DNA of 63,995 nt, the filler included, from Dugesia japonica (Eukaryota), in assembly GCA_001938525.1 (NCBI GenBank). It is 5 parts of 5 records of this genome, joined end to end, with 100 filler letters (N's around TTAATTAATTAA, not from the genome) between each part and the next. Parts side by side here need not be neighbours in the genome. Positions count along the whole stretch, not along the records: positions 1 to 16,757 come from MQRL01513710.1; positions 16,858 to 31,559 come from MQRL01592359.1; 3 more parts are not named here. The stretch is one strand, 5' to 3'. A program made the translations under genes and the position numbers. Shown here piece after piece: positions 13,602 to 27,455 of the stretch. The number at the start of each line of letters is the position of its first letter. Within the stretch, counting starts at the first letter, position 1. The notes under the pieces are model-generated. The model made no database searches. It was not told the DNA's origin and was given only the letters and a program-made list of their open reading frames with translations.

Positions 13602-14027
13602 TTTCATATCAGACACGATGGAAATTTTGGATTTTTCGGTGGCGCCAAGCGAGATGAAGAAGATATTTATGAATGTTTGAAACGAGAATTGAATGAAGAA
13701 CTCACAACAATTCCAAAATTTATCCCAAATAAAAAAGATTTACTTGGAATTTACCGCGAAAATCAATTCGAGTTTTGCGATTATTTATTTACTAAAGAAG
13801 TGGAAAATGCAGATATTATGATACTAATCAATGAAGCAACACAAAGTTCTTCGTTTGGAACTGAGATCTTGGGATTTTATATTTTCAATGTTAATATTAA
13901 TGAACCAATAAAATTATCACATATTTTTAATATTGAAATGATTGGTAACACACATCAACAATTAATTGATTTCTTAGAATCTAAGAAATTCATTCTNCCA
14001 AATTCTTTGAATAATTATTGTAAATAA
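13602..14027 (+). CDS. Nudix hydrolase, NUDT16 (U8 snoRNA decapping)-like terminal exon
   Basis: After a TTTCAG acceptor: FHIRHDGNFGFFGGAKRDEEDIYECLKRELNEEL (Nudix box GX5EX7REUXEE with an RxDG-GFxGG lead-in), then FGTEILG and IGNTHQQLIDFL, resembling the NUDT16 C-terminus; upstream exon not located. Confidence 0.7.
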   Translation, partial: FHIRHDGNFGFFGGAKRDEEDIYECLKRELNEELTTIPKFIPNKKDLLGIYRENQFEFCDYLFTKEVENADIMILINEATQSSSFGTEILGFYIFNVNINEPIKLSHIFNIEMIGNTHQQLIDFLESKKFIXPNSLNNYCK

Positions 14028-15974
14028 TATTTGTCAATAAAATATGTTGTAAATTGGTTTTCTTTTTACTCAATCGAAATTCTCAAAGTTAAAGTCGAAA
14101 ATAACAGATATCGAGAAAACAAATGAAAGCTGTTGAAGATATTACAAATGATCAACAATAAAATTGATCTTTTATAAGTGTAAGAAATGACTCATGCCTT
14201 ATGAAATTTTTAAATTTTTAGACCATATTAAACCTTTTCCTTAAAATTATTTAGTAAATTTTTATTTGAAAATTTAATTAAATGTATTAAAATTTAATTT
14301 TTAATTTATTGAAATATATTTTTGTAAATATATTATTTATATATTTTTTATTAGAAATTTACTTAACTGCATTACGATTTAATTTTAAAATTATGAAATA
14401 CTGAAATATCTTGATTATATACTGCCAGGTGGGTTTCAACTCCATAAATTTATTAAAATAAAAACTGGTTATAAACAAACAAATTAAAACTTCATACTTT
14501 AATTAGAAATTATTTTTTAGATTTAAAACTTGATTTAAATTAATTTGATAATTTTACAGAAAATAATTATTTTTTAATAACATATCCTTTAAAAAATTTT
14601 AGAAAATTTCAAAACAAAAAANNNNNNNNNNNNNNNNNNNNNNNNNNNNNNNNNNNNNNNNNNNNNNNNNNNNNNNNNNNNNNNNNNNNNNNNNNNNNNN
14701 NNNNNNNNNNNNNNNNNNNNNNNNNNNNNNNNNNNNNNNNNNNNGTCATTTCCAAAAATTTTAATTTATTTTAATTTCTTAATTAATTTGTGATTTTGAA
14801 TTTTCTTTAAAAAAGATTTTTTAAAACACAATTTCCAACCAGAACACAAAAGATTTTAACTCGCTTCTAAACTACTCACATAACTACATTATATTGTTCA
14901 CTTTTTCATTACGCATCTAACTATACCAAATTTGGTGCAATAATATTGAGAAAACTTTACAAATAAAAAAATACAAAAATTTAAAAGTTTTAAAAATATT
15001 ACAAATTAAATTTTAAAAATTTTTAAAAATATTCCTAGTCGAAAGGTGCCTGATTCGAAACCAAACACGCATTCTGATTAGTCGATATGTAGTAACTTTT
15101 GAAAAACTTTCTCGCCGAGGGAGGGTGGTGTGACTACATCCTCTACTATCTACTTACTAATATCAGTTCAATAACTGAATTTCAGTGAAAAATGATAACA
15201 TTAAATTTCAAACTACTGTACGATTTTAGATCTGCGTTACTAATTATTTAATAAATATTTTATAACTAATTATTATTAATATATAATGAATACATTATCA
15301 ATAACTTTTAAATCGATAATTATTCCTATCGACTCAAATTAATTACATTAAATTAAAAAAGTTAATGATTTTGCGAAATTTGTCAAAATTTTTTATTTTA
15401 ATTAAAATTGTCTAAACTTGTGGATTTTAACAAAAACAATTTCCGCGGATTTTATTGAAAAATTTTTAATTGTAAAATATAACCATATATTTTGTAAAAA
15501 TGAATTAGAAATGGATATAAATAACTTGACGACTTCATGAAATGTAATAAATTTATTATGAAAATTGAAATATTCATTGTTATAAACTTTTCAGTTCTGG
15601 AGGAGGGGTGCATTTTGATCCATTTCTATCCTTTGTTAAATATCGATAATACTTGGTTGATATTTATTATAATCTACAAAGATATCACAATGCATTAAAA
15701 ACCTGGAAAATATGAAAGATATTGACGATTTTACATGATAAATATGATAATCAGGCAAGACACACAGTTCGCGTATGCGTGTGTTGGTTGTATTTTTTGT
15801 TTGTTTTCATGTGTGTCCGAAGGAATATGATTATGAGATTAGTGCTGATTGGATCACTTCCACCCTGGTTTACGTGGTTTCTTGTTTTCCCGTTATTTAT
15901 CGTTGCGTATTTTTTATCTGGTAGTTAAATAATTACATTCAATTCAACAAAATTTAATATTATTTTTATGTAAT

Positions 15975-16460
15975 AAATGTTTCCAAAAGACAGAAATCGA
16001 GGTTAAAGACTCACTAATTATAATAAAACGAANGAGAAGCTAGTTAAGAAATCATCCGGCGCAAGATAATCACGGATGTCTCAGATGTAAAAGGGAAGAT
16101 GAAGGGATCGAATTATCAATACCAAAGACAGTGTTTTGGAAGTGGTGTTTAACATGTACAGAGATGATACGATATCAACTGGAGAAAACAGTTACTGAAC
16201 TGCATAAAGTAATGGCACAATGGAATATAGAAGAGACACCTTATCGCACAATATAACAACCTCGATTCGACTAGGACGTCGATTCTTTGAAAGAAAAAGG
16301 TGATTTGATGAATTTCATCTACGATAAAAATACATAAATTAAGGAACTAAACACGTCAAAGGAAGACGAACATAAAATCATAACAATGTGGAAACAACTC
16401 GAGACATTTACGAAGTTGAAGATTGAGATAGATAGCTACTATTTTTACAAACATTAAAAA
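15975..16460 (+). pseudogene. Decayed copy of an unidentified repeated ORF (homolog at ~62-63 kb)
   Basis: DNA match GGTTAAAGACTCACTAATTATAATA... to the reverse complement of 62440-62660; VKDSLIII..RS.LRNHP.QDN..LRCK. Confidence 0.7.
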
Positions 16461-16801
16461 TGGAGTGTCAGAAACTAAAAATGAAATTAGAAATTAAACA
16501 GAAAAAAGATGAAAACGATCAAAAAGAAGGTAACAACGATTCCAGACAGGAGCAAAGGGCAAAGAGACGAAAAAGAAAATATCGAATAAACAGAAATAAG
16601 AAGTGACAAGCAAAGAATCGGTATGATACAGACACTGAAATAAAATCTGAGGATAACAACCGTAATAGCAATTACGAAAAACTTATATTAACAAAACAAC
16701 GAGAAACGACATACTGGCTTAAAGCTATTCAAATGCATAGAGTAGATTTGATTAAAANNNNNNNNNNNNNNNNNNNNNNNNNNNNNNNNNNNNNNNNNNN
16801 N

Positions 16802-16813
16802 TTAATTAATTAA
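16802..16813. other. Artificial six-frame-stop scaffold linker (also 31604-31615, 40739-40750, 55535-55546)
   Basis: Identical TTAATTAATTAA embedded between equal-length N runs, four times. Confidence 0.95.
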
Positions 16814-16857
16814 NNNNNNNNNNNNNNNNNNNNNNNNNNNNNNNNNNNNNNNNNNNN

Positions 16858-19800
16858 TAACCGTCATATATTTTTTCTTTGATCGACCAATATCCATATT
16901 TGCTATATTCATAACGATTTGTTCCATAGAATTACTTACTTCGAGCCGAATAAATTTCTCTTGAACCTTTTCACTACTTATTTTTCTGTGCATGCCAAAT
17001 TGATATTGTCGTATTATATTTGGCCAGAAGAAATTATCTGATACATATTTTTCAGTTTTCTTCATTTTAACATGACATAAATCTTTGTGTACTTTATTAA
17101 CAAAGTCGTTTATTTCATTTGGTGGTACTGCAATCTTACGAACCCCATCACGATCAATGCTTATCAAATCGTCTTCTACAAAAAAATGATTCAAGTACTT
17201 TCTATAAATTGATTTGTTTAGATCTTTAAGAATATCTTTGTCTTCTCCAGAGAGGTATTTTTTCACTTTAATAAATAATCCGTTGCTCTTAAATCTGTTA
17301 ATATCGCTTTCCACATTGTCTACAGAATCATCTAAAACCCTCAAATATTTTACTTTAGACATCTTGACTTTAACATCTACATGTTCGGTTTGACATTGAG
17401 TACAATAACTTGAAAGAATACGAGACATTTCATATGCTTTTATACCTTTACTATATTTAAGCTCAAAATAATATTCTGCCAATTCGGTTATCCATGTTTG
17501 AAATTGTGGCGTTATTGGTTTATGTGAACGCTTAATAAATTCCAATGACTTGTGATCAGTTCGTGCTACAAAGTTTTTCCAATATAAATAATGACGAAAG
17601 TGTCTGATAAATTCATATAACGCCAGCCATTCTTTACGTGTCACGCAATAACATGTTTCATGAGCATTTAGTTGTCTTCAGCCATATGAAATTACCTTTT
17701 CACGACCGTTTTGAATTTGGCTTAATACTGCACCGATTTTACTAAAACTAGCATCAGTATCCAATATGAATTAGTTGCTTGAATCCGGAAAACCTAATAT
17801 TGCTGCAGTACATAAAGCCTGTTTGATCTCATTAAAGCTTGTTTTGCACTCTTCAGTCTATTGGATTTCTCGTTTATGGCCCTCTGTTGCAGCATATAAT
17901 GGTTTGCAAGTAACGAAATTTTTTAACAAACTTCCTGTAATAGTTTGCCATGCCTAAAAAGGAACGTAATTGCTTAGTGCATTTTGGTATTTCTGCTTTT
18001 NNNNNNNNNNNNNNNNNNNNNNNNNNNNNNNNNNNNNNGTCTTTGCTAACTGTATGGCCCAAAAATAAGAATTCACTTTGATATAATTTACATTTATTTA
18101 GATTGATTTTGAGACCAGAATTCTGAATTCTTTGAAATACATTTTCAAGTATTTTATCATGTTCTGATCGACTCTTTGCAAATATTAAAATATCTTCAAT
18201 ATACGCGATTACACCTTTAAATAAAATTCCATCCAAAATTGTATGCATCAATTTCTGAAAAGTAGCTGGAGCAGTTGATAACCCAAATGGCATAAAATTG
18301 TAGCAATATTTTCTCTTCTTTGTTGAAAATGCTGTTTTAATCTTCTTCGTCTAATTCTACTTGATAATAAGTTTTACCCACATCCAACGTTGAAAATATT
18401 GTACAACCACAAAGGTGATCAAACAAGGTTTATGGATCGGGCATTGGGAATGAAAACTTCATTGTAGAATCATTCAACATTCTAAAGTCTTGGCACATTC
18501 TCATCACGCCATTCGTTTTACCAACAATTACCATCAGAAAGTTCCAAGCACTTCTGCATTTTTTGATAATATCGATATCTATCAGTTGCTCAATCAATTC
18601 ATCAATCTTCTGTTCCAGATGTATTGGTTGACGTCGAGGTTGTTGTAGAATAGGATTACCAACTGTTGGAATGAAATGTTTTACTACATGTGTTTTTCCA
18701 AGATAAAAGTATCTGCCATAAATATATTTGAAAACTTTAGAAGCATTTCTTTTAAATCATTATATTTCGGTTTAAATGCTGCTAAGGCTGCCGTACAACG
18801 ATCATTATCAGTGAATTTGCTGTTAATATTCTCTGAGTCCAAATTATTAAGCATTTTAATTGAAAATTAAATGCATTAAACATATCAATTCTACCAATAA
18901 ATTGTGGATTTATTCCATCAACAATCACAATGTAAACAATTTTCTTCCCATTTCCAAATTNNNNNNNNNNNNNNNNNNNNNNTGAACAATTCACTGTTTC
19001 TTTTGAAAATGCACCACTCAATTTAATATTGCATTTATCCAATGGAAAAGATCCACACTCTCTCCATAACTTTGTATGCATCACTGATATTGAAGCACAT
19101 GTATCCTACAACATTTCGACCATTTTATTTCTAACTTTGACCATACTCCAAATTCTTCCATCATTCTTCTTATACATATCATAATTCCGATTTTCAGTTT
19201 TTATTGTATTGACTCCACCGATAATTGAAACAATAGAGTCTCTTTAGTTTAAATAGAATCATGTTTGATCATCTTTAAATTTTTACTTCTTTCATTTACA
19301 TTGTCATCTTCTAAAATGCATTTCACACAGTTATTGTTATGATATATATGATTTCCGAGTAATCGACAGTTTCTAAAACTGTGACCCGTTTTACCACAAA
19401 TTAGACAACATGATTTCAGATAGCAGTTATTATGTATGTGACCCATCAGACTACAACAAAAACATGAGCCTATTTTTAATTGTTCTTTGCGGAGGAAGTC
19501 TTTTTAATCTATTGTACAATTTCCTTGCAATAAACTTCATAGAAACTGTTTGCATATTTCTAAATTGACCTTCTCTACTGGTTTTGGAATCATTAAATTC
19601 TTCAGCAATTGAAATTGACTTTTCAATTTCATCATTCCTAGGTTTATAATAGTTAGAACCTTTTAAATCAGTTTTCTTAATTCTCGGATTGTAATTTGCA
19701 GCTGCCACTTCTGAGTAAGTCAACTTATTTATCTGTGACCCACCAAAAGTTTCATCGTTCTTCTCAAAATTTTCAGCCTCCTTTCGCATTTCATCTGGCT

Positions 19801-20525
19801 TAATTTCTGGTTTAAGAGCAAATGATTTTCTTAGTTCTTCGGAACCAAATCTTTTCTTGTTTATTTGCTGAGCAATTTCCTCCACAGTTAGTTCTGATTC
19901 AAATATTTCTTAGACTGATCTTAAAATTCTTAATTCAAAGTTTTCGAAACGTTCATTTTTTTTGTCGAATTCCAATACATTCTTCAATACATCGGAGAAA
20001 TGACTTTTTTCTAATAAATTTTCTTTTAAACCATTCGCTGGCCATTTTATCGTTATCATTTTGCCGGCTTCTAAATGCCTGCAACAGGTCTCTTGCATCA
20101 CCGTCTAATAAAAAATCAAAGGTTGATAATAAATCAAAACTGTTTGATTCTGCAAAAACTGAAATTTCATTTAACCATTTTGCTGGGTCTTCGTCATAGT
20201 TCCCAGAGAATTTCGTAATTTTAGGGGCTAATAATTTCCTAAACTCTTTAGGCAAAGCTACGTAGATTCCTTTGGCTTTGGTTTCCTGGTTTCGAGTTAT
20301 TGGGTTCAGCTGGGCTGGATCGCCAGTTAAATCAAAAGTCTTAATTTCCATAACAAGTTTATTTACTAAGTTNNNNNNNNNNNNNNNNNNNNNNNNNNNN
20401 NNNNNNNNNNNNNNNNNNNNNNCAGTTAAATCAAAAGTCTTAATTTCCATAACAAGTTTATTTACTAAGTTCAAAATATAACTGAATCTTAAAAAATAAT
20501 ATTTAAACAAATATTCAGTTTTTTT
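16858..20525 (-). mobile_element. Ty3/Gypsy LTR retrotransposon (family B), gag-pol with stops and frameshifts, truncated at the linker
   Basis: gag (KFSGNYDEDPAKWL; CLICGKTGHSFRNC), protease region, RT (MPFGLSTAPATFQ, AYIEDILIF), RNase H (DTDAS; TRKEWLAL, RTDHKSL), start of integrase (HKDLCH, FFWPN); PBS-like TGGCGATCCAGCC near 20313-20325. Confidence 0.92.
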
Positions 20526-20529
20526 AAAT

Positions 20530-21745
20530 ATTCAACTATGACGATGATACAGGTAAATACATTGGATTTTCAAGTATTACATTTACAACATCACCAAACG
20601 AATGCTTGTTACTATCAATCCCTATACTCTTATAAAATGGCACACGTACATCACCAACCAGAATTTGATAGATGAATAAATATATAGTTGTCTGATACCA
20701 AAATGTAATAACGATTTATGCAAACCCTTTGCCTTTCAGTAGACTTGTAGAATTTTGCAGAAGGAAGACAGAGTATTAGCAAATGACGCTCATACATATT
20801 CAACATTATCAAGTAATTTAAACATGAACAGTCCATACAAATTCTTTAAATATTTTGTGGCATAATTTTATAAACCAGATTATCCAGATTGGTAACCACT
20901 AAATCCCTTCCAAATTCAAAATAATTTATTTCTGTTTTGATTTAAGTAAATTTTAATTTAACATCAGTTTTGGCAATATTATCCAATATTTGAGTATCTC
21001 ATTCGATAAATGAATCCATCGGTTTGTTTACCGTCTTTTACAAATTAAACTCCAGTAACCGAGCATGAAACAATGAATTAAACTTCAATTCTATAATGCA
21101 AACAGATTTGATAATTCTTTTCTTTTCACCATTAATACTGATTTTGCAATTGGTTTTATTTTTCAATCCAGAAAAAACAGGTTTTCCATTTTTAATCTCA
21201 ACATTTGTATTTTCTTCAATTTTTTTATTCTAGCCTTTTCTTCCTCAATAGCATTAAACTTTAATTTTAAAGTTATTGATGAAATATTTTCCAGAATCAA
21301 TTACTCATCAGATTCAATTACTGAAACTAGCGGCTTTTTATTTTTGGTTTTGATTAAATTGATTCCAAAATTTTTAGCATCTGATAACGAATGAAACTCC
21401 ATTTTTACTTGACAATCTGTTTTTAATATTACATTCATTTCTTCGGACAATTTTTACCAATTATATGTATTGATAGGGACGGTCTTATTAAGTTGAAGAA
21501 TACCATCTACAATACTTAATTGAAATTCATCTTCACTTTCCTTAACCTCTCTTATTTTATACTCAGTTTTTGAACCTTTTCGTATGGTCTGCGGACAATA
21601 ATTGAAAACAAATTCTGTCATGAAAACTTCCAATGGTCATGTTTTAAATTAATGGCATTCTCATAGTCAACAAAATAATTTATCAGGTTGAATTTTAGGA
21701 CAACTATTGCTAGGCAAAAAACATATAGAAACTCATTATTGGATT
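20530..21745 (-). pseudogene. Maverick minor capsid (penton) remnant
   Basis: N-terminal FLYVFLPSNSCP...EVFMTEFVFNY and C-terminal ILVGDVRVPFYKSIG...FGDVVNVILENPMYLPVS. Confidence 0.7.
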
Positions 21746-21779
21746 TGATATACTTGAAGCCACGTAGGTTTTGAATACC

Positions 21780-22745
21780 TGTGCCATTCAACTAGATATT
21801 GTTTATATTATCCTTGACCTTTGGTTTTGAGAATTGATTTGATTCAATATATACTAGTTTTTTCGGCAGGATTTGTATTTGCTGCTCATAAAATTTATCT
21901 TGAATAATATTACCATCTTTATCACGTATTACATATATGACTAAGGTCTGTTTCGTGCTGGGTTCCGAGATTTGCAAAACATCACTCCAATTATTATCAC
22001 AGATTTTTATGAATGGCGTAGTACTAAAGTCGAGAAATCCGTACATGTTTACTAATTTTGTATTCGGTATTGGCTTGTTATTGATGAAATACTGTATATA
22101 ATCATCATCATCTGTAACATCAACTGGTGTCTTTCCTCATTCAATACTTATATGCTCAGAATGGTTTTAAGTCAAAATCATTTTTGGTAAAACATGTATC
22201 CATTTTTTTTACCTTGTTTGGTAAAGAACTTGTTTAATCGTGTGTGTAGTGTTTGATTAAAATCGCTCAACTAGTCTTGTACTGAGAAAATACTGAATAG
22301 TGCAATATTCAATATATTTTCAATAATGATTTAACCTGGGTATTATGAAACTTTTTACCCAAATCAGTTTGAATAGCTTTTGGTGAACATCTTTGAACAT
22401 TGCCAACAAAGTTAAAAACATATCTTTACCAGATTTCAGTTTTACTGGAGCTGCATGTGAAAATCAACTTAATACATCAACACATGTAAAAATATATATA
22501 TATATATATATATATAATCATTATTTATACTTGCATATGGAATCATTTCCATCAAATCCATTTGCCGTAGTCTATATACTATTTCCCTGTTGGAAACTGT
22601 TTTTGCTTTTGTCTATTCAAACTATATGTCAACTAATTACCTAACCATTTCTTCGTCTCTTTTATCAAAACATTTGCAGCATTTGCAAGCTTGGAAATAC
22701 CGGTATATCCAACCGGCTCTCTTGGATTTTACCATAGTTGTTCCA
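21780..22745 (-). pseudogene. Maverick integrase remnant
   Basis: PREPVGYTGISKL...QMDLMEM...CVDVLS...LVERF...VLPKMI...NNWSDVLQI...YVIRDKDGNIIQDKFYEQQIQ. Confidence 0.8.
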
Positions 22746-23139
22746 TCAATTTGATCGCGCGAAATTCAACAACGAATATTTAAGGAAATGTCTGGAATAT
22801 TAGAAGAAGGTGCAACACCCATTTATTGAAATATCAAAAAGAATTTAAATTGTTTATACAGAATCAATAATTTTATATGCATGTTGTGTGTATGTGTTGG
22901 GTGTTGGTGATTGTATCTTTTTTTAGGAAAAGCTTGTAAATACTCATACATATACATATACATACAGCATAGTCACACACATATAAGACATAACAATCAA
23001 CCAGCAACAACAACTCAAGATCAATTCAATCATTCGAACTTTATAACTTGCCAATCTATCGATCAATTTATCAAACAACTCAGGATTTTATAACTTTAAT
23101 TGATCCTTAGACTTAATTTTGTGATTTAATTTTGCATTA

Positions 23140-23590
23140 AGCAGCACCAAAAGCACCGGTTGCAGCAGCTTTACCCACCAATCTTAGAATCTGTAAAAAA
23201 GCAGCCCAAACAAATCTCTTTCCATTTCGTCCATAATGATCTTTTTTTCCTTCTTCTTGATTGTATTTTTTATAGGAAAATGTTTTCAATTATTCGATTC
23301 TTTGCGGTCAGATTCATTGCTTTCGTCATTTTTACAAGAGCTTCTAGATACTTTTTCAATCGATATTTTCAACTTTTGTGACCAACNTCGACTCGACCCA
23401 AAACAATTTTTTGCAAAACACTAATGAAATCATTCATTACAAATTCCGGCATTGAGTGCATAATTTGCCATCGAGAATTTGATGGAGCCCTCAAAATTGC
23501 GTTAAAGTATGGAATACTTCGTGAAAATCGTCTCAAATGACCACCATCACTACCTTTTTGTTTGATATCAACTTTTTTAAATTGATTCAT
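23140..23590 (-). pseudogene. Maverick basic pX-like core protein remnant
   Basis: Basic protein (LQKIVLG...RLKKYLEALVKM) ending in an amphipathic tail AFLQILRLVGKAAATGAFGAA. Confidence 0.5.
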
Positions 23591-23624
23591 TTCGTGTCTC
23601 TAATAATTACTAATTTTGATTATA

Positions 23625-24010
23625 CCAATGGTTTGTAAACTGTTATTCCTTCCGAATTGAATATATCGGTTTTACTCGTTCATCATCAGAACATAGTTGA
23701 GTAAAACCAATAAATAAATATCCATGTGGTTTTGTAGTAACATCGCGAAAGGCATCTGATGAAAATCTTTTATTGTGAGGAAATGTTTGACGGGAAATTT
23801 AATCAACCACAGTTTGATCTCGTAGATTTTTGAATAAAACCAAATAATGTAAATACATGTAAAATGCATGCCACCTTGATGAAAAAGATTTTGGGTGATA
23901 AAGGTAACTATAACATTACCATGATGACCAGTTTTTTCGATACATATTTAGATAATTGAAATGATTAGAATTATTGATTCGGTAATATCATTTGAATATT
24001 GATTAAGTTA
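23625..24010 (-). pseudogene. Maverick A32-like packaging ATPase, C-terminal remnant
   Basis: KTGHHGNVIVTFITQNLFHQGG...HYLVLFKNLRDQ...RQTFP...DAFRDVTTKPHGYLFI...RVKTDIF. Confidence 0.8.
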
Positions 24011-24145
24011 ATGAAATTTATAAAAATATTATTATAAAATTGTCTATAACAATGAAATTTAAAGATCTAATTAACGTTCTGAATAATTTATTGATTTAAG
24101 ACAAAAATAAAATAATTGTAGAAGTATTTTGTGATGAATATTTTT

Positions 24146-24736
24146 CTATATTTCACTATCGTTTGAAAACATAATATAAGGAGGTGGACTTTCGCCATAA
24201 ATTTCATGATTTGAATAAGGTGGCGGTAGAATATTGATTTTATTTGTTATTACCCACCCATAGCTGGGAGGATTATTATTCTCATCAGCAGTCGAATTAA
24301 TACAACTTGTTTGAATTGACCGATTTTCTGGTAGACTTCTTCCAGTCCTTTTCCATTTAAATTCAATAACAATCAAAATCAAATGGCATATAACTCCTAA
24401 AATTTCGAAATCGACCAATCCAAATTTTATTTTCATCATCACAGAATTAGAAATTAGTTTAGAATATTCAATTATCAATGAAAATATTAAAGTGATAAAT
24501 AATAATGTTTCCAATGGGAAACAAATTTTCAAATATTTTAAATTCGTACGAAAAGCTGAAATAAATAACACGCATGACACAGTAATCGATAAGAAACTAG
24601 AACCAAGCAAAGCATGCCATCCATCCTTTTTCATTGCAATTTCCATTAATTCTAAAGATACTAAAATAACTCCAATTATAAAAAATAAAATCGCTGCAAT
24701 TAAATGACTGATCCTATAATGGATAGATTGCAACAT
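24146..24736 (-). CDS. Intact intronless four-transmembrane protein with three C-terminal PPxY motifs
   Basis: 196-aa ATG ORF; four hydrophobic segments; PPSY, PPPY and PPPY in the tail; AATAAA downstream. Confidence 0.7.
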   Translation of the reverse strand: MLQSIHYRISHLIAAILFFIIGVILVSLELMEIAMKKDGWHALLGSSFLSITVSCVLFISAFRTNLKYLKICFPLETLLFITLIFSLIIEYSKLISNSVMMKIKFGLVDFEILGVICHLILIVIEFKWKRTGRSLPENRSIQTSCINSTADENNNPPSYGWVITNKINILPPPYSNHEIYGESPPPYIMFSNDSEI

Positions 24737-27455
24737 GTCGCAATTTTTATTGAACTGAAATTAATAAAATGATTTATTGTTATTCTTGTGTTTTTAATGA
24801 AACTAATCAATACTTAATTCACCGATGCATAACCATTGTACAATTTGTCATTGAAAAATTTCTAAATTTACATTTGTTTTATTGACCTGAAACACTTTAT
24901 CCGTGCATCATATTGAAAAAAAATTGTTTAATTAAGTTTTTGCAAAACAAAAGATAGCTTTAATGAATGTTTAAGTATTGTTTTATGATTGAAATTTTTT
25001 TAATATATTTAACAAATCAATGGATCGATACTTTTGATGAAAATGCAAACAAATTCTTGTGATCAGGGCATATCAGGAGGGGGAGGGCAGAAGGCTTGTT
25101 TAATAGAAGACGATAACATTAAAATATAAGTACATTTTTATAAAGCATGTGATATTGAGGATCTTAAATCGTAATTAATGAAATATAATTGGATAATGAA
25201 AATCAATCGTCTTGAGTTTTTTTTAAAAAATGAAAAAAAGATCCAAAAAAAAATTTGATCCAAAGTTCAAACTACCAATTAAATTATTTGGGTTTGAAGC
25301 ACAGCAGCTTATCAGAAACAAAAATTCTTTTAATATTTGAAATTATGTACATTTTTAAGATTTAATTTAAATCATTAAATATTTGTAAAGTGATTTCCAA
25401 TCTGTCAATAGATTTTTGGAACAAATTAGCAAATTTATAGTTTTTTAGAAGATGGAAACTTTTAAAAAAGCATTTATAAGGATATTCATAATTAACATTT
25501 CAAAAACAAGATGGTCTACCTGATTAGATGCAGTAAAACAGACTTGCTCTGTTCCATATGAGCTATATCCACTACGATTTGTTCTAAATAAAATTTTTAC
25601 TTCTCCATGTATAAGTATTTATTTTGTACGAGTTTCTACTACTTTTCTTTTGGCAATACTTTTGTAAATTGTCTCGTGCATCCCTGGCCATAAATGACCA
25701 TCTTGTACTTATGAAAATAACTTTTTCTTCCCACATGATATAAGTCTTTGTGAATTTCCTTTATCAACTATGCTTGTCGGAACCACTAATAAAAATTTAT
25801 TTCCTCTTTCCACCACTCACAAATCATCCACTATTTTCAATTCGTGCTTCATTTTATTCGAGTACAGTCGAATCTCCCTATATGGTACATCATTGGAAGA
25901 TAGTTTTTTATGGAAAATGTACTTTATAAACCTACGATGTACTTTATAATAATTTATGTTATCCCATCAAAAATTATTGGTAAATTTTTAACAATTATAC
26001 GTTTAAGCGATATTTAGTTGGCGTCAAAACGGTAGAACCGATACAAAAACAATTTAAGTATTTACAATAACTTTAAATTTAGTTCCGAAGAAGTGATATA
26101 TCTCTCTGATTATAAGCTTGGTTATATAAAAAAATATTTCCTAACAATACAGAATTCATAAAATCCTATGGGTTGTTATCTTTCCATTAAGAATAAATTA
26201 ATTTAAAACGGTAAAAAAACGCTGTTTTTAGAGAAAATTTTAATTTATCGATTTGACAATATATTTTCTTATAAATTGGAAACTAATCCTTTTTAATAAA
26301 ATCATCAAGAGTTGATTGCTTCGAATTTTCTCTCATTTTTTTTCAATATGTTCAAATAGTCCTAACAAATCCATCTCTGCGCAAATCAAATTCTTTTGGC
26401 GTGTATATTCGATAAGTTTCCTTTTTAAATTTAAGGCCTCTTTGTTCGTAATTTTATTAATTTTCTCATTAATTTCTGGCTTCGAAGTGTTAATCGAATG
26501 ATTTATACTAAATTCTTCGACATCACCTTCATCTAAAAAATCTTCAAAAACTTCATTCAATAGATCATTTTCGTTTTGATTTTCAAAAACGGCAATATTT
26601 TCTTCAAAGAAAAGGAAATCGTTTTCAATACCGATTTCCAAGACGATTTCTTTGAGTGAAATTACTTCCTTTTCTATTACTACTAAATCAATTTTGTTGC
26701 ACAATTCAGGATATTCACCAAATCCACATTTAGCAAAACATTTTACAAATGTATCTGTTTTATCATATTCCATACTTTGGAGATAAATTTCATTTCATCA
26801 AATATAGTTAAAGAATGTGCGAGGTTTGATGCCTGCATGTTTTTATCAATTTGCAGTATTAATTTTAAAAGTTTCAGCATTCGAGCATGCGCCTTTAAAC
26901 TTCTTATAATACCTACATCAAGTGGTTTCAGGTGGGATGTTAAATTCGGTGGAAAATACTGTACTTTCACGTGTGTGAAAATGGTATCACTATTGATAGT
27001 ATGAACTCTGGGGCCATCATTAAAAAGCAGTATTTTACGGTTTTTTCCTTTAAAATATTCATTCAATTCCTTCAAATAATTGTTAAAAATATTCTTTGTC
27101 ATACATGCCTTCGACGAACTTTCATATTTTGCATTCAATTCATAAAAACTACCACCATGTAAGCATCTCAGTTTTTTGTATTTACCGATAATCATAGGTT
27201 TTAATTTTTCACCAGTCACTGAAGCAGTCAACAAAACTGTAATCCTTTCTTTGGACTATTTACCCCCGCTACAATTTGAACCCTTAACACTAAGTGTATG
27301 ATCTTGTTATGCTTTTTAATAACCTTTCTTGTCCGCATTGAATATATTATCAAGTGTATATCCATCAATTAACTTTCCAAGATTAGCTTTTCATTCTTCG
27401 ACATCATTTAAATTACATGCTCCAGATTCACCAGACATGCAGTAATTTCTAATAT

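Larger units (their letters stand above)
20530..24010 (-). mobile_element. Decayed Maverick/Polinton remnant (second lineage): ATPase, pX-like, integrase, penton
   Basis: Four co-oriented degenerate virus-type genes, listed separately. Confidence 0.8.

Noticed and set aside
16802-16813. Recurrent palindromic TTAATTAATTAA (four copies)
   Set aside because: Always centred in N runs; artificial scaffold linker, so no biological meaning and no synteny across it
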